From positions 279,924-317,315 of the forward strand of contig NMRA01000112.1 in NCBI GenBank assembly GCA_002633005.1: 37,392 bases of DNA, given 5' to 3'. How positions within the stretch are numbered: the first letter of the stretch is position 1; every line of letters begins with the position of its first letter. The notes beneath the pieces were generated by a model that had not been told where the DNA came from, did not search any database, and saw nothing but the letters and a program-made list of their open reading frames with translations. This DNA comes from Phoronis australis (taxonomy: Eukaryota > Animalia > Phoronida). Shown piece after piece: positions 10,645-24,557 of this stretch. A program made the position numbers and the translations under genes.

Positions 10645-12301
10645 ATGAGCAAGGCAGCAAAACGAGACATGGGCATGACGAAAACACAGGAGAATAAAAC
10701 AAAAAGTCCAAGCAAACGACTCATAGATTTGTTCGGCAAGAAAAAGAAGTCCCAACGCGGATACGGTACGCCATCCAGCGACCATTCTGACAGCACTTAC
10801 GGTCGGTCCAGGACACCAGATTTAAGTCGTTCGAATGGTTTGCAGTTGGTCAAAAGCGATGTAGACAGTATCAGTTATGGTAGCAACGGTCAGTCAAGAA
10901 TGAACCCCTATTCGGAGGTGACAGTTGATTTATACGGGAATCCTTATAACGATCCATGGGGCAACCACTTGGTTTTCAACCGGAGTGACACAAAAAGACA
11001 CGTTGTTAAACGCACGAGGTCACTCAAAAGTTTGGGAAGTTCCAGGTCGAAAAAAGACGACAGTAACTTCGATTATGGCTACCCGAGTTACGCAGAAGGG
11101 CGTGAAATTACAAAAGATCAATTACATAATCTGAACGACGACGTCGCGCAGGTTACAGTCCGTAGTCATCACAATGGATTGGAGAATACTGGGGGGTTGA
11201 ATGAAACGATGAGTCTTAAATCAACTCCCGCTATGTCAGCCACAGACAAAAGAACTGCCGGAGGGCATTCTCTATTACAAGGTATACAGACTACTGGTCA
11301 AAGGCCAAACAGTAACGGACTGGCCGACGAAGGGAGATTTGAGCGCACAGGAGTGTCGCCAGACAGTGGATATTCCGCAACGGAGTTCAGTGCATCGACA
11401 ACTTCAAATGTAGTGAATAATGCAAGCTATCAGAGGAACCATACTGTTATGGGGAATCACAATTCAAGGCGTGGTAGTTATGATGTGAGATCCAACGCAA
11501 GTTTGCCAACCACTGGCAAACCAGCTGTTGCGACCTTCGAGGAATCGAACGGAAGAGCAACACTTGTTTTGGATCCGTCGATGACTGCAAACGATGTTCA
11601 CAACAACAACACTGCGACACTCGTTTCAACCGTTGAGGCTTATGATATCAATTTTCAGAGAAAACAAAACCCCACAGCGAATTATTCGACCTTCCAGCCA
11701 ATACAATCAACATCACAAAGGCACACAAATGGACCATCGCAAATCAGTTCACTGGGTCAAGCACAGCGAAAGCGTAGTTTGAAAAGTTACCGAGCGCCGC
11801 CGATTCCAACAACAATTCCCCCGAGAGGAAAATCCAAGTATACTACACGTAATCGAGACGGATCGACAGTGCATTCTGTAGAGAATGGCGGTCTTGTCGT
11901 AAGAACGCTGAACGCAACTGGTGACGTAGAAATTAACAACTTTGATTCGGGTTCCAGTACGTTATCTAGCGGTTGGACGTCACCATCTCTCGTGTCACCA
12001 ACTCACGTGACGAATTACGACCAGTTGCAGTATACGGACAGCGTGAGAAAAACTACTGGTTTTGTCAACCAAGGGCACCAGTTATCCAGGCAGGGGAGTA
12101 TTCATGAGCGTATCAACAGAGTGGCTGGCAGCGAAGTTCCCATAGCAGCTATAACGAGAGGATTGAGCGCCAGGGCTGAGAATGTAGATCTAGTGAAAGG
12201 ATTCGATGAAGTGGATACGTTACAGCGCGTGGAAAATGGTCGCCATTTATCTACGATCAAGCATCACTCGACCACAGCACTTTTTCAACCAGATCGATTT
12301 A
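10645..12301 (+). CDS. Uncharacterised ~1,500-aa Ser/Thr-rich protein, first coding exon
   Basis: The exon begins at 10548 after acceptor tattttcag. An in-frame TAG at 10630 precedes the ATG at 10645, followed by 552 open codons and a phase-1 donor A|gtgagt at 12302. Confidence 0.88.
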
Positions 12302-13163
12302 GTGAGTATTTTTTACTTTGAACAACTTGTTTGTAATATCGTGTTCTTTTTAAGATTTATTGTAAATTTAACTATCCATTTGCAAGTATACACGTTTTGC
12401 TCACAGATAGAACCGTGCATTTTACCCTGAATTGTGAATTCCTTCAAACGCTATGCTAAAAGCCCTCTTACGTAAAATTGAGCTCATTTGAAAGTTGAAT
12501 TGACCCAACAGAACGCTGAGAAGGTATGCCTTTCATTCAGCATTTATACTGATCATTATGAAACCGGTTTGGGCGCGTTGCGGTAACAGTTCTGTACGTG
12601 ACAGTATAAACTCATTGAGTTTGTATGTCGGTTCTGAAAAGATGTTCTGCTTGGCTGCTCAAACTGCCTTGGATAACGACACAATCACGTTTAAAAATAA
12701 AGCCACAGCTACGGTACCAGTCACCGCTGTGTTTTGACCCGTTTTTAACATCTTCACCGCGCGGGTTGCTACCTTTTCATGCCTGCACTGGTGATTACGT
12801 TTCACAATCAATTTGATTCATAAGGTGCACCTTTTCATTATTTGTGTAACTTGATATCATTTAGTTGTAATCCACGTTTAGTTACATATTTGTAAGCAAA
12901 CAAGCACGCAAGCTATGCGTTTTCCACGTACACGAAAGCGTGCGACTATAAAAACAAATCGGTTCATCCTCTTCCCGTCCTTATGCCTTAGTCGCGCATC
13001 GACCGATCCCGCTGATAGAGTTCTATTCCGATGCCTGACACAACGAGCGAGTTCTTATCGCCTGCATCAGCGATTGGTATATTTGACGCCGAAGCCCGAC
13101 TGGAGCTTCATGTAATCTTCCAACAATCGCCTGACTGTCGGATGATACGATCATTTTCAGTCT

Positions 13164-13534
13164 TTAAAACCTATCTTGAAGGGTAACTTCTTTAAATTTG
13201 GTTCGAGTACTTTAAGAGAACTGTAATGCGTGTTTGCTTGCTTTTGTCTACGTCATCACGAGAATCACCCTTTAATATTCAAACAGCTGCGAATATACGC
13301 ACGCAATGATGTTCTATTTAGACCCCTATACAACTGTTGATGGCCTTTTGTTGTTTGTGCTGGGATCTCGCGGTGACACAACATGGCACGAAAAGGCAGT
13401 TTCACCTCTCATTTGACGGGCTTACTTTTGCGTGATTGAACTCACGTTTTCTTATTTTACTAAGGGTTTGCTAGGACTATCTGGTTAGCCCAATGGATCT
13501 AAAATAACAAAATTTTGTTGAAGTTAAGCTTTAA
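13164..13534. mobile_element. Interspersed repeat family K2 (TTAA-ended, Kolobok-like), partial
   Basis: Aligns by eye with 29177-29591 (for example ttgttgtttgtgctgggatctcgcggtga and ggttagcccaat) and ends in gcttTAA. Confidence 0.7.
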
Positions 13535-14724
13535 CTCATGGGCTCGTTGCCTAGTGGCATAGTTTAGTCTCGTTTTAAACAAAAATGACAATTAAAAAAC
13601 ACGTTTTTGCCTCAGGTAGAGACTCAATTATGCTCCTTAACTTTTAACCACATAGTGGATTTTTGTGCAAATTCTGATTATTCTTTCTAATACTGTTTTG
13701 TCTTCCAATTTTCGCTTTGATACAAACCCAGAGTAAACTTTATGTAGAATTCTCAATACTACTGAAAATAAGTAGGGGGGTTGTCAAGCAACGCCCTTAA
13801 TTTAGGGCTAAATCACGATTCATTTTCACTGAAATAAAGGCTCTGTTTTCAGATTATAACTATGCTCAGAAACTGTCGTTAGTCAAAGAGGAGATAATAC
13901 TGATTAAGATACATTGATAGAAGAACTGAACATTTCTGAGTTAACAAAAGCACCATCTCTCCCAAGGTTTAGGGAACCTGGTTGAGTCCCCATTTGGGAC
14001 TGTTTTATGAAACGGGCACAGGTTCAGCTGGTGCGAAATCCAGAAAGTGTGAAGCGATCGTCTGCTGGCTACGCTGGCCTTTCATTTTGGATAGGTGCTC
14101 ACTAAGGTACTCGTATCTAAGACACACTGAACTCCTGAAGTGTTTTGCATAAAATTTCAGAAGGGCCAATTCCGTGCTTGATTGTCTAAGGACTGCTTTT
14201 CCTGCTTAAAAAGTCCGTTTCCATAGTTCCGGTCATCCACTGTAATGCTCTCTGTTACAGCAACCTTTTAACTCTGGTAAAATAATAGCCAACAATTTCC
14301 GGGCAGGAATAACTTCGTAAACATGCCACGTGAAAATTGAAAAAGTACAGAAACAAGCATATTCATGACAGTGCCCCTAAAATGACTTTTCTCCGCGAAG
14401 ACAACAATGACTAGAAAAAATTAACAGTTGATCCAGGAAATCAATGAGGTTATAAATAGCCATTTTTCGAATAGAGCGGCGACAAAGTGAAAAATTTCCT
14501 CCACACGCCGGCATATTTAAAAAGAATCCTTCCACGTCTTGAACAAGCTTCATAAACATTAAACAACCCATGACCCGTCCCTCCAAATATTCGTCCACGG
14601 GTTTATTTTCCGGAAAATTTCCGATCCAATTATGTACCTTCGAATTCGAAGTCACAATTAAAATTTCCTACGGTCTGTTAAGTTTCCAGTATAGTCAAAT
14701 GTCAAACAAGAACAAGGCTTTATT

Positions 14725-15715
14725 CAGTGGCGGATCTCGGATATCACAAGAGGGGGCTTAATATTTTGTCCAGCTGGAAGCATTTGCGCAAACTGAACCA
14801 CGAATGTAGATGCGCATAGCACCGAATGGGGGGATGTCGGGAGGGGGGTTTACCACCCAGGAAATTTTTCTGTTTTTACCTCTAAAAATCAAGAATTTTC
14901 CTTGATTCCTGAAGTATTATCCAAGAAAAAAAAGGCAAAAGAAAAAAAAAAACACGGAGAACATGTCAAACAGGAAAAACTGAAAGTACCAAAGACTCGA
15001 ACTCACAACCTGGCGGATAGAGCTCGCGTGCGTTACAACTACACCTTCACCACTTAACTACTAATCTCATACTAAAAGACCTACTTGTTTATGGGACACA
15101 GCGTTTGCGCGCGAAACCTACTTCTTTTTGTAATGCTTATTGCACGTTTTATATTTTGTGCCATCAATTCTTAACAAATTTGTCGTATTTGAAATAGTCT
15201 TCAAATGCCCAAAAGACCAAATCCATTTTTCGCCTTGGCAATAATGACGGGATTGCTTTGGAAATCTTCTCAAGATAAGGTTTGACAAAGAGAGTATTGC
15301 GAGTTTCTGAGTGATTCACTAAGGCTTCGATTAAAATTCACATCTTATCAGCAGCTTCTGTTTTTTCATCGTCACTCAGGTTCCATTTTCTTTAAAAAAT
15401 GAAATTTTCTTCATTGCACAGTGGAGCAGACGACGGAAACGGAGTCTTAGTGCGCAGCGCCACTGCCGGTCGCCTGGGATATCGCGGGAGAGCCTATACT
15501 TAGCCATAGTTCCGTTACGAATGCGCCGTGTTCCTAATTTGACACTTGAAATTGGATTTGAGCCAACCCCCCCACAAGCACTAAAACTGCACACATTTAA
15601 ATCTTTTTTCATCCGTATAATTTTAATTAAAGAGGTTAATTAATAAACTCACCATTTCCCTACGCTCTTACTGTTTTATTTTTTTTGCGGCAGCCAAGGG
15701 GGGGGGGCGCCTATG
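14725..15715. mobile_element. ~1-kb non-autonomous hAT-like element, family B copy 1
   Basis: Starts CAGTGGCGGATC and ends CGCCTATG (right TIR partly deleted). Flanks are TTATT/TTATA. Highly similar throughout to 29764-30778. Confidence 0.88.
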
Positions 15716-16637
15716 TTATAAGAAACAAGAAATAAAAATCATTTCAGCACGTTTGTGCCCTATCTACTCAACAAGTTGGATAGTGGTACCATGAACTCTG
15801 TAAACTCTAGATGTCGCTGTCGCTGGTATAATTTCTTTTTATGGTGGCCCTTAGGCTCTTAAAGTTATCCCGGTTTTATATTTGGAGTACTGGAAAGGTA
15901 GAAATGTGTTCGAACCTACTCCCTAGAACTTATTATGGAACATTTCTGGTGCCAGGAGTCCACTTTCAAATTTCTGCTTTAATTGTTCTGAATTAAATAA
16001 TAGCTGGTCTATTTTAGCGACGACTGACCAGCCGATAATATTAGGGAATTTGGCCATCAGTTCAAGCAAGGTTGTAAAATTTTGCTCGTCCTTTTTAATT
16101 CTGGCTGTGTCGTCGAACCCGTTCAAAATAACATTCTGACCGTTCAAAAGGCGGCCATGACGGCTGCCGCGCAAACCCTTGCCAAGGACTGGCTCCCGAA
16201 GACGTGGACGCAGGAGTAATCTAAACGTCGGTTTGTGATCGGGTTAATGCGGATTGTACTTCCAAGGTTAGCTGTATTTGAAGCCAGGCGCGAAAGGTGC
16301 GGGGGTGGGACCAGAGAGTCCACGCTATGTTCTGTTATTTTTGTAATGTAGAAATAAAATAAAAGGAAGTGCCAACTAGGGCTATCCTTTGTCAAAACCC
16401 TGCCTCTTCATAGTCTTGGATCAAAGCCTGAAAACACTCTAATAAACCGCGAGTTCGTAAAAACATCAAACGTTGATTTGAGATCATTACTTTCGAGGCA
16501 CAATCTCAACCTAATTTATTGGCCTTTTTGCCGCGTGGTTGCTCTGTATGGAAAAGAAAGTCCGGACGAGATGGAAATGAAATTCTAAAATGCTAATGCC
16601 TAAAATACTAAAAATGTTATTTTTTTCTCACTTCCAG

Positions 16638-18614
16638 TATCCACGCAAGCCAGTTCGCCCGTGTCACATCTGGTGTCCAGCCCAACCTCGTACAGCACCG
16701 AGAGTGGAGTATCCTCGCTGATGGCGGAGCCTCATCCGGGTAAAAGAACGCTAACGGTTCAGGCTAAACTTCCTTTCAATGACGTTGGCATACAGAACGA
16801 AATAAACACTTCGAATTCGGCTCTATCAGTGGAAACCTCGTCTGTGCGTAGCGCCGGAAGCATTGAACAACGACAAACGGTTCGCCGTCTGAATCAAACG
16901 GTTCCTGCCGACAACGAATACTCGTACGTTTTGAAGAGTCCTGATGCTGATTACCGGCAAATAAACGACACCAGGATGACCACTGTTCGAAACACTTCCG
17001 AAAGGCCCACCAATTTTGTTTCGACTAGAAAGGAAGTTCACGTGTCTTCATCTGTTGGCCCTTATTCAACACCTCACACGTTCCAAGGAGGACACCGTGT
17101 GATGACAGGGCCGCACAAAACCTCAATTTACTTAACTAGCGATGCCGACAGTGGAACTGGTTCGGTTGATTTCCCTAAGCACAGGGTGAGACCTCACTGT
17201 CATGACGTCACACGAGAACTGAAGGAGAAGGTGATACACGGGCCTCACAAGACTTATTTGTATATTACGTCCGACAGTAACTCAGAACGTGAACCCAAAC
17301 GACCGGAGCGAGGAAACACAAGTATCACAATAGAATCCAGAAAGTCGCCGTCTGCACGAGATACAAAAACAACCGTTCACGTTTCCAGTCTGCCGGATGC
17401 AAAAAAAGTGAAATCGGGAAAACGTAACCGTAAACCACAAACAAACGTATACATTTACGACGATGAAAAGCAAACGCGTAATCTTACACCAGCGCGCGTG
17501 TACTCAACGAGTGGTGATAGCAGCGAAACTGAAGAAAGCCTCCATACGGAAGAATCTTGCGAAAAGGTGTACCATATCAACGTTGAGTCCGAACACAAAA
17601 GGCGTTCACCGTTAAAACATGAAAACAGAATAGTTTTGCACAATAAGACGGAGAAAAAACGACAGCAGCTGAGTCCTGCAAGAAAGACATCAAGTGAGCT
17701 GTCGGAGGTGTCGAATACGACAAGCAACAGACGCCAACCTATCACACACAGATCCACTGAGAAGCATGTTCGAGTCGTGAAACACACTACTCTAGCAGAC
17801 GACACTTTGCGTGACGTCACAGGGTCTCCAGAACGACAGCGTTCTTCCCGTCAGAAATTTACAAATGAGTCCTCGGTTATTGTTCAGTCACCGCCTAAGG
17901 CAGTGAAGAAGGCGAGGAGTCGGAAAATGGAGAACAATGAAATTTCTACCGTGGAGTCTGTTAGTAACAAGATGATTGTGCGTGACGAGGAGGACGAGGA
18001 CAGGAACACATCGGAAGAAGAATCAGGGTCAGACGCTGACGAGAATCAGAACACCAAAGTGCCTGCCCCTGAGGATTTGCAGGTTGAGAGAAAAGATGTG
18101 TTGATATCTAACTACATCGATACAACTGGTCCGAGAATAGTGGACATTGACGAAGATGAAAATGTAAATATGTTTGAAAAGTCTTATTTCACATCACACG
18201 AAAATCCGCTGTACTTCAGTGATCACAGTGACGATGAACATTCGGAGAAAGAGACTGTCAGACCACGTGACGAAGTGGACAACCGGCTAACAGGTAAAAA
18301 CTCAATAAGGTTTTACCGCCCGTCATTGTTTATGAGGAATATCAACCATTCCTCAAATTACTCTCAAAACTGGGCACAGTCCTTTTACGAAGAACATTTG
18401 CCAGTGCGTCTTACGCATAGTAGGGGGTGCCAGACCCCCGAAAGCATGTTTCTAAACAGTCTCGTTCCTGAGCACATGAGATCCCCGTGGAAAGATGGTT
18501 CCGAATCTCCTTATTCTGTCCGTAAGACAGGTCACGTTGTCTTCAAATCAGCCCATAGGCCTGGGTACTCCGGTGAACCGAATGACCCCAACAAAAGGCA
18601 CGTCTATTGTCAAA
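16638..18614 (+). CDS. Uncharacterised large protein, coding exon 2
   Basis: Acceptor ttttttctcacttccag; the phase-1 join A|TA gives Ile in frame with the 653-aa ORF. Phase-1 donor A|gtaagt at 18615. Confidence 0.9.
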
Positions 18615-19485
18615 GTAAGTGAAAGTGCACGAGAGGTACTTCCACCCTAACCATTTCCCCCATTTCCGTTTTTCTTGGGCATTCGATAACTCACCTTCTT
18701 TCTGTTTTTATTCTACCAGGAAATACGTAATTGGCACCTGACCGTAATTTTGACCTTCCTAACACGTGTAGCTTGTGAACTGCACTTCCCTTCTGTACTG
18801 ACAAATTTTAACCGTTTGCACAAACTAACGTTCAGGTTACATGGAGATTTCACACATAAAACTACCTAGATGTCAAATAAAGATATTAATGAATGTAATT
18901 CAGACCTAATTTGATATGCTGAACTTTTTAACTAATTCAACGAAATTTGTTTATTGAGTCGTTGGTAATGCTATTTTTATAACTACGATATGCCATTAAA
19001 ACGACCAATAATGAAAGACAAGAATATTTTGTCTATTATACAGAGCATCGTTGATTAACTACTGTTGCTAAGGCGAGCTCATGAGAATTTAATTGTCTAT
19101 GTTTCACGATAAAATGGCAAAGGATAAGAATGCATTTAACCTTTGACTTTGCGTTGAGATGTTGAAAAATATTAGCAGAAAACTCGACGTGTTAGTGTAT
19201 GTGTTCAGTAGCGCCACATACTTCCACTGAATACCGTTTTTGTTGCTAATACTGAAACGGACACCTTTTTTCGTTTTCGGTGCAAGGGGTATGGGGCTGA
19301 AATACCAAACTCAGCAAGCTGTTTGTGCAGACACGTATTGTAAAATCTCCTGTCTACCACGACCGAGCTCAATGAAATAAAAGCCAGTAATTTCCAAGGA
19401 CCTGTGTGTGCCAGCGCGAAATCAAATTTTGATCATCCCTGCAAAACGTTGAATGCGACTTTTGGATCAATTTTTGATAGACAAA

Positions 19486-19560
19486 TAGGTCGGTAGGTAG
19501 GTAGGTGGGTTGCTAACTAGATAGCTAGCTAGGTAACTAGGTATAAGGATAGATAGATAG
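19486..19560. repeat. Degenerate (TAGG/TAGA)n microsatellite
   Basis: Direct reading of the sequence. Confidence 0.75.
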
Positions 19561-21157
19561 TCTATTTTGCCATTTTTTATAACAACTAAACATATATTTA
19601 GTGATTATTTACGAACAACAAACAAATTAAAATAAGAGATTTCAAAAAAGACTTTGAAGCAGGTTCATACCAGCCCCATGTACCCACAGTTGGATGCCAA
19701 AGTAATCTATACATCTAGTATAATACAAGAAAATCCGCATTTCTAGAACGATAGAATTGCTCGAAAGCAACCTACAGCAACCAGGAAAAATAGAAGAGCT
19801 TAATACTAGAAAGTATATAATCAAAGGATCAACAAAAAAGGACCCAGTCAGATTCCTCATTACTCTCTTTAAAAAACAAGATGTTTAATTTAGCAGAAAT
19901 AAAATGTGACGAGAACAGAGTACAACTCATGAACAACAAAAGCATTATCTGAATTGCACTCGGAGTAATAGTTGGATGTGATGGCTGATTTAAGACACTT
20001 AATCCTGAAGTGAGTGGGCTGCAATATTTCGTAAACTCTGATTTCATGATATTTTTGCTGTTATGTATCTCAAGCTCTTTTCACTTAATGTGTTATTATC
20101 TAATAGTGGAGGTTTAATTGGTTTTAAGCAGGGATTTATTGAAACATACTTGGCAAAATGGACGGGCCTTCGGACAGAACGCTGTCTACGTAGAGCTGTG
20201 TCAGGTTTAAAATGGCATTTTTTGGAAATAACTGAGAGTAGCACTGTTGGTGATATTGTAAAGAAGTTTCAAACGGACAGTTTTGTACACCGTCCAACAA
20301 TCCCGCAAATTGGGTTTGTATGTGCACTCGCTTTGGTTTATAGGAAACAGGACACGTTTTTTGAATGATTTTTAGCCCCACCACTGGTCCTATAACGAAG
20401 ACGATTAAGAATTAAAGAACATTGTTGTTAAAATAAGATCAGACAGATAACATGAAGTGACTGCAAATCACCATATATGTTTTAGATAATTTGTTTGCAA
20501 TTTTTCTCACATGATTTTTCTAACTTGGCTGGCCGGCAACTTGTATCCCCACGAATCCAACTAAGTTCACAAATTGTGTACTTCTACTAAGGATAGTGAT
20601 CTTTTACTTATGGGCTTTTAAGAGAAATGGAAAAACGACGTTTCTATGCAGCCAGAAATCGTTAACACTTAGATAAGAATCAGTAGTGTTCCACGTATTT
20701 AGACACCAGTATTCATGAATACACAGAGTCTATAGCCAAAAGTTGATTTTGCTCTTACTTTGACTTTGGCATTAAGTGTGCCCCCGAGCAGGCTACGGAC
20801 TTTTGTCTTTTGGCATCGAGTTGCAGACAGATTTTCTGACTTTTAGCACTAGCTAGCACATGAGACAGGTTATGCCATCTCTGGATTGAATTTAGGCAAA
20901 GGTCAAAAGAAAATCGAAAAACAACCCTTTTGTGCCATTGATTTCTTCAAAATGCTTTCTTTTAGATAAATTGTCATAATAACAGTGACATTATATGCCA
21001 GGATACCGTAATGTTGAAGGTAAATAAATGAGTGATTTAATGAACTAAAAGCTTTGGACAGATCAAATATGTTGCAATGAGTTTATTTCTGTCATCACTA
21101 TAGGGTCTGCAAATTCCGCAACAGCACCGCGTTAGGTCGACCAAACATGCATAAATC

Positions 21158-21297
21158 CAGTGGCGGATTTAGAGAGGCCCCCCTAAAATTTTCCCAGATT
21201 CCACTTGACTGTTCGAGGTTGCAAATGTCTGAGGGGCAAAATCCTGGCTAATACTCTGCCCTGTCCCCCCTAACTCAAAATCCTGGATCCTCCCTTG
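21158..21297. mobile_element. MITE family A copy with 5-bp TSD AAATC
   Basis: AAATC|cagtggcggattt ... ggatcctcccttg|AAATC. Confidence 0.85.
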
Positions 21298-23738
21298 AAA
21301 TCCGCGTGGATACGACATAGTCTGGTCCAAAATTAATGAACTATCCAACGGGTCATTAGCAAAAGTTAACACTGTGATAATTAATAAGTGACTGACTAAA
21401 AGATTGTTTCCAGATGATTAAAGATAGCTAAAGTAATTCCTGTATATAGATAGAGGACTGATGTGATTGGACCACCTTTGAAACACTAGTTAAATCGAAT
21501 ATAGTCAACAAAAAATCTGTTGAATTTCTCAGCACCCAAGAGTTGTACCGTCAATGTTTTTTTACCATGTTTCTAAAGCGATTTTTGAGCGACTCTTATT
21601 GAGTAAACATTTAGTAACATAACACGTCTTTTTACCTTTTTGCAGTCAAATTTTTATTTCTAAAAGTATGATCTACATGTCGTATTCTCTTGTTAAGCGT
21701 TATTGTGACTCCTTTACTGAGTTTGTAGGAAAGCGGAATCTGATGCGTCTCTGGGTCAGATGTTAATCTTTTGTAAAATTTATCGGAAAGGAATTGCAAA
21801 CATCACGTGGTAACCTTGTCTAATCCCTGTAAAACGAATAATATGAAACATTAATATGGGAAAGACGGTCTCTCTAAGTATTATTTTGTCGGTCATGGCA
21901 TGCATCAGTGATTTTGATTGTGAACGCCACAGTCATTTGATTACACTTTCATATTTTTTGCATAAAATCTATTCGTATGCTGTTTTGAAATGTGGTCAGT
22001 CACGTACGCGTAAAATTAAAACTGAACCGGACTTTTAAAAACAGCTAATAACAGAACTTTAATTGAATCATACTTATGCACGCGTACGTAGTTTCCACCT
22101 TTAGATTGACTTTGTCATTTTTGTTCATTGCTTAAAATTTAATTGCACTTACTACATGCTAATTTATGTCGTGGTATCATTAACTATGTCCTTCAACAGC
22201 ATCACCCTATCCTTAACCGTTTTACATTCTTCAGTGACATAAAAACTTTTATAAATCGTTTTGCAATGACCCATTTTTATGGCGAGGTGACTTTGACACG
22301 GCCAATCCGGTGTAATAAGGAGTTACACTTTTGAGGAGAAGGTGTTTGGGATACTGATCCACCGTTCCATCATTATTCATTTGATACTCTGGAGCAACAA
22401 TTTACTACGTTGCATAATTATGCTAATGTATCTTTTTTCTGCAGTGGGTTTCCAGTTATACCTATCAAATTTTGCTCAAGCGTCTGATTATAATAAGTCA
22501 CAATTATCCCATCACTCGATCTGTTGTTGGAACTTCCGACAATCAATTGCCAAAATGTTAAAGGAAATTCGAGATAATGGCAGAGCCTAAACTAACATAT
22601 AAGAGATTACGATGAACCATTTTTGTAGAATATACAAAGTTCGAAATCATGCGTTCCCCAAACCGAAAATTGACATCGCTATATACGTACTTTGTCGCAA
22701 ATTATTCTCAGCCGTTGTGCCTATGCCAAATCGTTTGCATAGCGTGTTAACGCAGGTTGTAGGACGCTTCTAGCCTGTGATGGTATCGGTTAGGAACTTC
22801 TGAACGGTGTTTTATCATAGGTGTTGGAACCTATTCCGTGGTAAGTTTAATTTAGTTTTTCCACAAAAAGTTATCCAGTAATCTCAATAAGTGATTTTAG
22901 ACTCTAACGGTTGCCAAAACGTCAAAAAATCTCGAAATTTCCTTGCACCGTTGCCGATTTGTGATAGTTAATTGGTATTCATTCAATGTTTATGAGCTGT
23001 ACATTTATAAAGCAGAGCAAACGTCCGATCCGTCGAGTGAAAATTTCACATGTGAACGCTTGCCATCAGTTTGACCTACACGCCCTCAAATGTGACGACA
23101 AACCTGCTTTCTCGCTACGACTACGCTTTTTTCCACTAACGTACCTTGTGGTTACATTCTGCTCGCCCATGGTGATCATACGTGATTGACCTAAATATTA
23201 GGATTTCACACATTAATGTTATGCTAATTACTTGCAAGACGAGTGATAGGGCTTGAACGTTCGTTTTAAGATGTTGACCTGCCTTCAGATCAGACGTCCT
23301 ACCTGTCTTAAAAACTTAAGTTACACACCTTGATGTGGTATTAGATGGAAGCATATTATAGATTTCTGTCATTCGAAGCTTTTGGGCGGCGACATAGGTA
23401 GATTTCAGGGGTCTCTAGCCTTTCAAGACCCTGCCCAAAACAAAAACAAAAACAAAAACCACTGCGTTTGCTCTTCACTCTTCAGAAACTGTGATCGATA
23501 CTCTAGCGATTTCCAGGGGTAACTTTAGGTCCATAACGTTACAAATGTAGTTTAGATCTATAAGGATATGACGGTGCACGGTATTTATAGACATTTTATG
23601 CGTTAGTTCGCGAACGAATGAAGTGAGGCAGACGACGATGGGTTTGAGCAGGGACAATGACAAGTTGATGACTTCAGAGACATTCTTGGTGACGGTCTGG
23701 TGAAGGGTTTTCCAATATTGACTTGCGTAATTTCCACA

Positions 23739-23920
23739 AATATCTGGTAAATAATTGTATGTGTCCGGTGATAAGTGTTGAATTGCCCGACTGCCATACA
23801 TACCAGACTTCTGTGAACTAGGCTTGAAGGTGTAATGTAATCTTTGTACTTTTCAGCTGGGTAAGTTTGTGTATTAGGTATTAGCAGACTTTGTCTTCTT
23901 GGTTTTGGGTATCTTACCAT
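23739..23920 (-). pseudogene. Possible decayed 3' end of a CR1/L2-type LINE ORF2
   Basis: YGSRAIQHLSPDTYNYLPDI resembles the C-terminal YGxRxFxxxAPxLWNxLPxxI motif. An upstream fragment RRQSLLIPNTQT is in another frame. The match is short and weak. Confidence 0.35.
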
Positions 23921-24324
23921 TTCACATTACGTTTAGAGACTCTCTTAGACAACATCAAATAATTAAACGGTGTTTTTAGCTCCTGAAAACAAGTGAAAAA
24001 ATAAAAGATATGACGGTATTGACAGAATGTAGTCAATGAGCCACCGGGTGGTTGGTAAAGCGTAATGATGAGAGAGAAATCAATGGAAGATTTGAATTCT
24101 CAGTTATCCACATTCGTAATCTTGCTTTCTTCTGTTTTCTGACGTTGTACTTGATGCTAAAGATTTTCGACAATTTTATAAACAGGCAAAGTGTTATTCA
24201 GAGCTTCGAAGCTCAGGCCTGCAGCGTTTGAAAAATAAGTTGCATACAAAGAATACGATAGCCACCAGGAGGTGCCACCAAAATTTATATAGCCTTAATG
24301 TAATTTTGACTTTGTTCCCTTTAG

Positions 24325-24557
24325 CGGAAGACATCAACATGTTCCACGGAGCCTTCCTCTCCGACACATTTTCGAGCCACCTGTTTGGAAGGAAACTGAC
24401 AAGAACCGACTCCATGTCTTCAGTCACTTCCGTCAACGACCTCTATCGGGAGGCCAAGTCGGAATCTTATCGCTACGAAACCGGTTTCAAACCTGCCCCG
24501 CCCAAGTCTTTCGAACTTTCGGATATTGAGCGAAGGAAACAAGAATTTCTTCGAGAG
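24325..24557 (+). CDS. Uncharacterised large protein, coding exon 3
   Basis: Acceptor tttgttccctttag; the phase-1 join A|CG gives Thr, then EDINMF...ERRKQEFLRE. Phase-0 donor GAG|gtatgt. Confidence 0.85.

Noticed and set aside
12512-12523. 12-nt microexon (cag|aacgctgagaag|gtatgc)
   Set aside because: It has no polypyrimidine tract and introduces an in-frame TGA.
13164-15715. Segmental duplication with 29177-30778 (same order of repeats K2 then B)
   Set aside because: The intervening sequences are unrelated, the family B copies have different TSDs, and the two families differ in divergence, so these are independent insertions.
17282-17820. Antisense ORFs within the large exons (also 16826-17041 and 27345-27918)
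   Set aside because: Shadow frames of real coding exons, with no independent splice or start signals.
19640-20400. Cluster of short ORFs as a decayed retroelement or gene
   Set aside because: No RT, endonuclease or transposase motif is recognisable in any frame I read.
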